A stretch of 64,000 nucleotides of DNA. Origin: Auanema rhodensis (taxonomy: Eukaryota > Animalia > Nematoda). The stretch lies in assembly GCA_964057225.1 (NCBI GenBank), contig OZ059897.1, positions 19,034,001 to 19,098,000 on the forward strand. The letters are read 5' to 3'. Positions 54,301 through 64,000 of this stretch are shown here, piece by piece (position 1 is the first letter of the stretch; each line of letters opens with the position of its first letter). The position numbers were made by a program, and so were the translations under genes. The notes under the pieces were generated by a model. That model saw only the letters and a list, made by a program, of their open reading frames with translations. It had not been told where the DNA came from and did not search any database.

Positions 54301-55900
54301 TTGCTTCCAAAAACATTTTGACAAAAATTTTTTCGAAAAATTTCAAAATAATTTAGCAAAAAGTAGATGTTTTAAGATTCCATTTTTCAAGGTAAAGACG
54401 ATGGACAATGTTATTCAACGAAAAAATTAATTCTTCAGGGTGAAAATCGAGGATATAAGTGTGAACTTATATCAGTTGATATCTCGGTGCATTTTTAAGC
54501 TAGCGCAAATCTGATAACACAGATCGACGCAGCTTAAAAATCCGCATCGAATGCACTATACTACATTAAGAAACACTTGATACAAAAATTAGTTATGATC
54601 GTTTGAAAAATGATGCATTAGTGTATGTTGAGTTTCCATGTACACTCAACATTGCTTCCAAAAACATTTTGACAAAAATTTTTTCGAAAAATTTCAAAAT
54701 AATTTAGCAAAAAGTAGATGTTTTTAGATTCCATTTCTCAAGGCAAAGACGATAGACAATGTTATTCAACGAAAAAATTAATTCTTCAGGGTGAAAATCG
54801 AGGATATAAGTGTGAACTTATATCAGTTGATATCTCGGTGCATTTTTAAGCTAGCGCAAATCTGATAACACAGATCGACGCAGCTTAAAAATCCGCATCG
54901 AATGCACTATACTACATTGAGAAACGCTTAATACAAAAATTAGTTATGATCGTTTGAAAAATGATGCATTAGTGTATGTTGAGTTTCCATGTACACTCAA
55001 CATTGCTTCCAAAAACATTTTGACAAAAATTTTTTCGAAAAATTTCAAAATAATTTAGCGAAAAGTAGATGTTTTTAGATTCCATTTTTCAAGGCAAAGA
55101 CGATGGACAATGTTATTCAACGAAAAAATTAATTCTTCAGGGTGAAAATCGAGGATATAAGTGTGAACTTATATCAGTTGATATCTCGGTGCATTTATAA
55201 GCTAGCGCAAATCTGATAACACAGATCGACGCAGCTTAAAAATCCGCATCGAATGCACTATACTACATTGAAAAACGCTTGATACAAAAATTAGTTATGA
55301 TCGTTTGAAAAATGATGCATTAGTGTATGTTGAGTTTCCATGTACACTCAACATTGCTTCCAAAAACATTTTGACAAAAATTTTTTCGAAAAATTTCAAA
55401 ATAATTTAGCAAAAAGTAGATGTTTTAAGATTCCATTTTTCAAGGCAAAGACGATGGACAATGTTATTCAACGAAAAAATTATTTCTTCAGGGTGAAAAT
55501 CGAGGATATAAGTGTGAACTTATATCAGTTGATATCTCGGTGCATTTTTAAGCTAGCGCAAATCTGATAACACAGATCGACGCAGCTTAAAAATCCGCAT
55601 CGAATGCACTATACTACATTGAAAAACGCTTGATACAAAAATTAGTTATGATCGTTTGAAAAATGATGCATTAGTGTATGTTGAGTTTCCATGTACACTC
55701 AACATTGCTTCCAAAAACATTTTGACAAAAATTTTTTCGAAAAATTTCAAAATAATTTAGCAAAAAGTAGATGTTTTTAGATTCCATTTCTCAAGGCAAA
55801 GACGATAGACAATGTTATTCAACGAAAAAATTAATTCTTCAGGGTGAAAATCGAGGATATAAGTGTGAACTTATATCAGTTGATATCTCGGTGCATTTTT
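48320..55900. repeat. Higher-order repeat domain: 3-mer (1053 bp) with 6-mer superstructure, later interrupted
   Basis: tttAtaagct at 48528, 49581, 50634, 51687, 53091, 55197, each preceded by tagcGaaaag; aattCattc at 48462/50568 (2106 bp). Confidence 0.85.
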
Positions 55901-57399
55901 AAGCTAGCGCAAATCTGATAACACAGATCGACGCAGCTTAAAAATCCGCATCGAATGCACTATACTACATTGAGAAACGCTTAATACAAAAATTAGTTAT
56001 GATCGTTTGAAAAATGATGCATTAGTGTATGTTGAGTTTCCATGTACACTCAACATTGCTTCCAAAAACATTTTGACAAAAATTTTTTCGAAAAATTTCA
56101 AAATAATTTAGCAAAAAGTAGATGTTTTTAGATTCCTTTTTTCAAGGCAAAGACGATGGACAATGTTATTCAACGAAAAAATTATTTCTTCAGGGTGAAA
56201 ATCGAGGATATAAGTGTGAACTTATATCAGTTGATATCTCGGTGCATTTTTAAGCTAGCGCAAATCTGATAACACAGATCGACGCAGCTTAAAAATCCGC
56301 ATCGAATGCACTATACTACATTGAGAAACGCTTAATAGAAAAATTAGTTATGATCGTTTGAAAAATGATGCATTAGTGTATGTTGAGTTTCCATGTACAC
56401 TCAACATTGCTTCCAAAAACATTTTGACAAAACTTTTTTCGAAAAATTTCAAAATAATTTAGCAAAAAGTAGATGTTTTAAGATTCCATTTTTCAAGACA
56501 AAGACGATGGACAATGTTATTCAACGAAAAAATTAATTCTTCAGGGTGAAAATCGAGGATATATGTGTGAACTTATATCAGTTGATATCTCGGTGCATTT
56601 TTAAGCTAGCGCAAATCTGATAACACAGATCGACGCAGCTTAAAAATCCGCATCGAATGCACTATACTACATTGAGAAACGCTTAATACAAAAATTAGTT
56701 ATGATCGTTTGAAAAATGATGCATTAGTGTATGTTGAGTTTCCATGTACACTCAACATTGCTTCCAAAAACATTTTGACAAAAATTTTTTCGAAAAATTT
56801 CAAAATAATTTAGCAAAAAGTAGATGTTTTAAGATTCCATTTTTCAAGGCAAAGACGATGGACAATGTTATTCAACGAAAAAATTAATTCTTCAGGGTGA
56901 AAATCGAGGATATAAGTGTGAACTTATATCAGTTGATATCTCGGTGCATTTTTAAGCTAGCGCAAATCTGATAACACAGATCGACGCAGCTTAAAAATCC
57001 GCATCGAATGCACTATACTACATTGAGAAACGCTTAATACAAAAATTAGTTATGATCGTTTGAAAAATGATGCATTAGTGTATGTTGAGTTTCCATGTAC
57101 ACTCAACATTGCTTCCAAAAACATTTTGACAAAAATTTTTTCGAAAAATTTCAAAATAATTTAGCAAAAAGTAGATGTTTTAAGATTCCATTTTTCAAGG
57201 CAAAAACGATGGACAATGTTATTCAACGAAAAAATTATTTCTTCAGGGTGAAAATCGAGGATATAAGTGTGAACTTATATCAGTTGATATCTCGGTGCAT
57301 TTTTAAGCTAGCGCAAATCTGATAACACAGATCGACGCAGCTTAAAAATCCGCATCGAATGCACTATACTACATTGAAAAACGCTTGATACAAAAATTA

Positions 57400-60300
57400 G
57401 TTATGATCGTTTGAAAAATGATGCATTAGTGTATTTTGAGTTTCCATGTACACTCAACATTGCTTCCAAAAACATTTTGACAAAAATTTTTTCGAAAAAT
57501 TTCAAAATAATTTAGCAAAAAGTAGATGTTTTAAGATTCCATTTTTCAAGGCAAAGACGATGGACAATGTTATTCAACGAAAAAATTATTTCTTCAGGGT
57601 GAAAATCGAGGATATAAGTGTGAACTTATATCAGTTGATATCTCGGTGCATTTTTAAGCTAGCGCAAATCTGATAACACAGATCGACGCAGCTTAAAAAT
57701 CCGCATCGAATGCACTATACTACATTGAAAAACGCTTGATACAAAAATTAGTTATGATCGTTTGAAAAATGATGCATTAGTGTATGTTGAGTTTCCATGT
57801 ACACTCAACATTGCTTCCAAAAACATTTTGACAAAAATTTTTTCGAAAAATTTCAAAATAATTTAGCAAAAAGTAGATGTTTTTAGATTCCATTTCTCAA
57901 GGCAAAGACGATAGACAATGTTATTCAACGAAAAAATTAATTCTTCAGGGTGAAAATCGAGGATATAAGTGTGAACTTATATCAGTTGATATCTCGGTGC
58001 ATTTTTAAGCTAGCGCAAATCTGATAACACAGATCGACGCAGCTTAAAAATCCGCATCGAATGCACTATACTACATTGAAAAACGCTTGATACAAAAATT
58101 AGTTATGATCGTTTGAAAAATGATGCATTAGTGTATGTTGAGTTTCCATGTACACTCAACATTGCTTCCAAAAACATTTTGACAAAAATTTTTTCGAAAA
58201 ATTTCAAAATAATTTAGCAAAAAGTAGATGTTTTAAGATTCCATTTTTCAAGGCAAAGACGATGGACAATGTTATTCAACGAAAAAATTAATTCTTCAGG
58301 GTGAAAATCGAGGATATAAGTGTGAACTTATATCAGTTGATATCTCGGTGCATTTTTAAGCTAGCGCAAATCTGATAACACAGATCGACGCAGCTTAAAA
58401 ATCCGCATCGAATGCACTATACTACATTGAGAAACGCTTAATACAAAAATTAGTTATGATCGTTTGAAAAATGATGCATTAGTGTATGTTGAGTTTCCAT
58501 GTACACTCAACATTGCTTCCAAAAACATTTTGACAAAAATTTTTTCGAAAAATTTCAAAATAATTTAGCAAAAAGTAGATGTTTTAAGATTCCATTTTTC
58601 AAGGCAAAAACGATGGACAATGTTATTCAACGAAAAAATTATTTCTTCAGGGTGAAAATCGAGGATATAAGTGTGAACTTATATCAGTTGATATCTCGGT
58701 GCATTTTTAAGCTAGCGCAAATCTGATAACACAGATCGACGCAGCTTAAAAATCCGCATCGAATGCACTATACTACATTGAAAAACGCTTGATACAAAAA
58801 TTAGTTATGATCGTTTGAAAAATGATGCATTAGTGTATTTTGAGTTTCCATGTACACTCAACATTGCTTCCAAAAACATTTTGACAAAAATTTTTTCGAA
58901 AAATTTCAAAATAATTTAGCAAAAAGTAGATGTTTTAAGATTCCATTTTTCAAGGCAAAGACGATGGACAATGTTATTCAACGAAAAAATTATTTCTTCA
59001 GGGTGAAAATCGAGGATATAAGTGTGAACTTATATCAGTTGATATCTCGGTGCATTTTTAAGCTAGCGCAAATCTGATAACACAGATCGACGCAGCTTAA
59101 AAATCCGCATCGAATGCACTATACTACATTGAAAAACGCTTGATACAAAAATTAGTTATGATCGTTTGAAAAATGATGCATTAGTGTATGTTGAGTTTCC
59201 ATGTACACTCAACATTGCTTCCAAAAACATTTTGACAAAAATTTTTTCGAAAAATTTCAAAATAATTTAGCAAAAAGTAGATGTTTTTAGATTCCATTTC
59301 TCAAGGCAAAGACGATAGACAATGTTATTCAACGAAAAAATTAATTCTTCAGGGTGAAAATCGAGGATATAAGTGTGAACTTATATCAGTTGATATCTCG
59401 GTGCATTTTTAAGCTAGCGCAAATCTGATAACACAGATCGACGCAGCTTAAAAATCCGCATCGAATGCACTATACTACATTGAAAAACGCTTGATACAAA
59501 AATTAGTTATGATCGTTTGAAAAATGATGCATTAGTGTATGTTGAGTTTCCATGTACACTCAACATTGCTTCCAAAAACATTTTGACAAAAATTTTTTCG
59601 AAAAATTTCAAAATAATTTAGCAAAAAGTAGATGTTTTTAGATTCCTTTTTTCAAGGCAAAGACGATGGACAATGTTATTCAACGAAAAAATTATTTCTT
59701 CAGGGTGAAAATCGAGGATATAAGTGTGAACTTATATCAGTTGATATCTCGGTGCATTTTTAAGCTAGCGCAAATCTGATAACACAGATCGACGCAGCTT
59801 AAAAATCCGCATCGAATGCACTATACTACATTGAAAAACGCTTGATACAAAAATTAGTTATGATCGTTTGAAAAATGATGCATTAGTGTATGTTGAGTTT
59901 CCATGTACACTCAACATTGCTTCCAAAAACATTTTGACAAAAATTTTTTCGAAAAATTTCAAAATAATTTAGCAAAAAGTAGATGTTTTAAGATTCCATT
60001 TTTCAAGGCAAAGACGATGGACAATGTTATTCAACGAAAAAATTATTTCTTCAGGGTGAAAATCGAGGATATAAGTGTGAACTTATATCAGTTGATATCT
60101 CGGTGCATTTTTAAGCTAGCGCAAATCTGATAACACAGATCGACGCAGCTTAAAAATCCGCATCGAATGCACTATACTACATTGAAAAACGCTTGATACA
60201 AAAATTAGTTATGATCGTTTGAAAAATGATGCATTAGTGTATGTTGAGTTTCCATGTACACTCAACATTGCTTCCAAAAACATTTTGACAAAAATTTTTT

Positions 60301-63300
60301 CGAAAAATTTCAAAATAATTTAGCAAAAAGTAGATGTTTTAAGATTCCATTTTTCAAGGCAAAGACGATGGACAATGTTATTCAACGAAAAAATTATTTC
60401 TTCAGGGTGAAAATCGAGGATATAAGTGTGAACTTATATCAGTTGATATCTCGGTGCATTTTTAAGCTAGCGCAAATCTGATAACACAGATCGACGCAGC
60501 TTAAAAATCCGCATCGAATGCACTATACTACATTGAAAAACGCTTGATACAAAAATTAGTTATGATCGTTTGAAAAATGATGCATTAGTGTATTTTGAGT
60601 TTCCATGTACACTCAACATTGCTTCCAAAAACATTTTGACAAAAATTTTTTCGAAAAATTTCAAAATAATTTAGCAAAAAGTAGATGTTTTAAGATTCCA
60701 TTTTTCAAGGCAAAGACGATGGACAATGTTATTCAACGAAAAAATTATTTCTTCAGGGTGAAAATCGAGGATATAAGTGTGAACTTATATCAGTTGATAT
60801 CTCGGTGCATTTTTAAGCTAGCGCAAATCTGATAACACAGATCGACGCAGCTTAAAAATCCGCATCGAATGCACTATACTACATTGAAAAACGCTTGATA
60901 CAAAAATTAGTTATGATCGTTTGAAAAATGATGCATTAGTGTATGTTGAGTTTCCATGTACACTCAACATTGCTTCCAAAAACATTTTGACAAAAATTTT
61001 TTCGAAAAATTTCAAAATAATTTAGCAAAAAGTAGATGTTTTTAGATTCCATTTCTCAAGGCAAAGACGATAGACAATGTTATTCAACGAAAAAATTAAT
61101 TCTTCAGGGTGAAAATCGAGGATATAAGTGTGAACTTATATCAGTTGATATCTCGGTGCATTTTTAAGCTAGCGCAAATCTGATAACACAGATCGACGCA
61201 GCTTAAAAATCCGCATCGAATGCACTATACTACATTGAAAAACGCTTGATACAAAAATTAGTTATGATCGTTTGAAAAATGATGCATTAGTGTATGTTGA
61301 GTTTCCATGTACACTCAACATTGCTTCCAAAAACATTTTGACAAAAATTTTTTCGAAAAATTTCAAAATAATTTAGCAAAAAGTAGATGTTTTAAGATTC
61401 CATTTTTCAAGGCAAAGACGATGGACAATGTTATTCAACGAAAAAATTAATTCTTCAGGGTGAAAATCGAGGATATAAGTGTGAACTTATATCAGTTGAT
61501 ATCTCGGTGCATTTTTAAGCTAGCGCAAATCTGATAACACAGATCGACGCAGCTTAAAAATCCGCATCGAATGCACTATACTACATTGAGAAACGCTTAA
61601 TACAAAAATTAGTTATGATCGTTTGAAAAATGATGCATTAGTGTATGTTGAGTTTCCATGTACACTCAACATTGCTTCCAAAAACATTTTGACAAAAATT
61701 TTTTCGAAAAATTTCAAAATAATTTAGCAAAAAGTAGATGTTTTAAGATTCCATTTTTCAAGGCAAAAACGATGGACAATGTTATTCAACGAAAAAATTA
61801 TTTCTTCAGGGTGAAAATCGAGGATATAAGTGTGAACTTATATCAGTTGATATCTCGGTGCATTTTTAAGCTAGCGCAAATCTGATAACACAGATCGACG
61901 CAGCTTAAAAATCCGCATCGAATGCACTATACTACATTGAAAAACGCTTGATACAAAAATTAGTTATGATCGTTTGAAAAATGATGCATTAGTGTATTTT
62001 GAGTTTCCATGTACACTCAACATTGCTTCCAAAAACATTTTGACAAAAATTTTTTCGAAAAATTTCAAAATAATTTAGCAAAAAGTAGATGTTTTAAGAT
62101 TCCATTTTTCAAGGCAAAGACGATGGACAATGTTATTCAACGAAAAAATTATTTCTTCAGGGTGAAAATCGAGGATATAAGTGTGAACTTATATCAGTTG
62201 ATATCTCGGTGCATTTTTAAGCTAGCGCAAATCTGATAACACAGATCGACGCAGCTTAAAAATCCGCATCGAATGCACTATACTACATTGAAAAACGCTT
62301 GATACAAAAATTAGTTATGATCGTTTGAAAAATGATGCATTAGTGTATGTTGAGTTTCCATGTACACTCAACATTGCTTCCAAAAACATTTTGACAAAAA
62401 TTTTTTCGAAAAATTTCAAAATAATTTAGCAAAAAGTAGATGTTTTTAGATTCCATTTCTCAAGGCAAAGACGATAGACAATGTTATTCAACGAAAAAAT
62501 TAATTCTTCAGGGTGAAAATCGAGGATATAAGTGTGAACTTATATCAGTTGATATCTCGGTGCATTTTTAAGCTAGCGCAAATCTGATAACACAGATCGA
62601 CGCAGCTTAAAAATCCGCATCGAATGCACTATACTACATTGAAAAACGCTTGATACAAAAATTAGTTATGATCGTTTGAAAAATGATGCATTAGTGTATG
62701 TTGAGTTTCCATGTACACTCAACATTGCTTCCAAAAACATTTTGACAAAAATTTTTTCGAAAAATTTCAAAATAATTTAGCAAAAAGTAGATGTTTTTAG
62801 ATTCCTTTTTTCAAGGCAAAGACGATGGACAATGTTATTCAACGAAAAAATTATTTCTTCAGGGTGAAAATCGAGGATATAAGTGTGAACTTATATCAGT
62901 TGATATCTCGGTGCATTTTTAAGCTAGCGCAAATCTGATAACACAGATCGACGCAGCTTAAAAATCCGCATCGAATGCACTATACTACATTGAAAAACGC
63001 TTGATACAAAAATTAGTTATGATCGTTTGAAAAATGATGCATTAGTGTATGTTGAGTTTCCATGTACACTCAACATTGCTTCCAAAAACATTTTGACAAA
63101 AATTTTTTCGAAAAATTTCAAAATAATTTAGCAAAAAGTAGATGTTTTAAGATTCCATTTTTCAAGGCAAAGACGATGGACAATGTTATTCAACGAAAAA
63201 ATTATTTCTTCAGGGTGAAAATCGAGGATATAAGTGTGAACTTATATCAGTTGATATCTCGGTGCATTTTTAAGCTAGCGCAAATCTGATAACACAGATC

Positions 63301-63700
63301 GACGCAGCTTAAAAATCCGCATCGAATGCACTATACTACATTGAAAAACGCTTGATACAAAAATTAGTTATGATCGTTTGAAAAATGATGCATTAGTGTA
63401 TGTTGAGTTTCCATGTACACTCAACATTGCTTCCAAAAACATTTTGACAAAAATTTTTTCGAAAAATTTCAAAATAATTTAGCAAAAAGTAGATGTTTTA
63501 AGATTCCATTTTTCAAGGCAAAGACGATGGACAATGTTATTCAACGAAAAAATTATTTCTTCAGGGTGAAAATCGAGGATATAAGTGTGAACTTATATCA
63601 GTTGATATCTCGGTGCATTTTTAAGCTAGCGCAAATCTGATAACACAGATCGACGCAGCTTAAAAATCCGCATCGAATGCACTATACTACATTGAAAAAC
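57400..63700. repeat. Tandem duplication of a 9-monomer (4+5) unit (3159 bp)
   Basis: gtatTttgag at 57435, 58839, 60594, 61998; ORF start pairs 57446/60605, 58499/61658, 58850/62009, 59903/63062, 60254/63413. Confidence 0.8.
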
Positions 63701-64000
63701 GCTTGATACAAAAATTAGTTATGATCGTTTGAAAAATGATGCATTAGTGTATGTTGAGTTTCCATGTACACTCAACATTGCTTCCAAAAACATTTTGACA
63801 AAAATTTTTTCGAAAAATTTCAAAATAATTTAGCAAAAAGTAGATGTTTTAAGATTCCATTTTTCAAGGCAAAGACGATGGACAATGTTATTCAACGAAA
63901 AAATTATTTCTTCAGGGTGAAAATCGAGGATATAAGTGTGAACTTATATCAGTTGATATCTCGGTGCATTTTTAAGCTAGCGCAAATCTGATAACACAGA

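Larger units (their letters stand above)
1..64000. repeat. Satellite DNA array, 351-bp monomer, ~182 head-to-tail copies, continuing past both window edges
   Basis: acaatgttattcaacg recurs at 1, 352, 703 and onward. ORF-track starts differ by multiples of 351 (234, 936, 3393...), except one 1-bp shift (27260-17433 = 28x351-1). No non-monomer sequence seen. Monomer 1 has 109/351 G+C and many A/T tracts. Confidence 0.99.

Noticed and set aside
32074-55197. Compensatory mutations in the 11-bp stem (tttAtaagct and agcttaaTaat)
   Set aside because: They affect non-paired positions and occur in different monomers.
234-63991. 34 copies of a 75-aa ORF as a tandem gene family, or one giant repeat protein since 351 is divisible by 3
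   Set aside because: About 80% of monomers have an in-frame stop within the ORF, every copy ends in TGA-TAA, no longer ORF is in the six-frame track, and no domain is recognisable.
1-64000. CRISPR array
   Set aside because: There are no unique spacers; the entire 351 bp repeats, and no cas genes are present.

Overview
The whole 64 kb window is one uninterrupted, head-to-tail tandem array of an AT-rich 351-bp monomer (~31% GC by hand count; ~182.3 copies; all in one orientation). It reads as eukaryotic satellite DNA, plausibly (peri)centromeric heterochromatin of an invertebrate, which is an inference; I cannot name the family or species. I see no genes, RNA genes, CRISPR spacers or mobile-element insertions. 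The 34 copies of the 75-aa ORF are a by-product of the repeat. Monomers differ by only a few substitutions and I found one indel (a C lost after 19257). The informative structure is at three scales: (i) several dyad symmetries in the monomer, including a ~65-nt imperfect hairpin and a 9-bp stem with a GTGA loop; (ii) shared SNPs that define spatial domains and local higher-order repeats or duplications of 2, 3, 4, 5, 6, 7, 9, 12 and 13 monomers; (iii) an island at 44.5-46 kb where a 5-substitution cluster creates a new near-perfect palindrome. All positions were read by eye and need computational confirmation. I cannot support a novel protein-coding system here.
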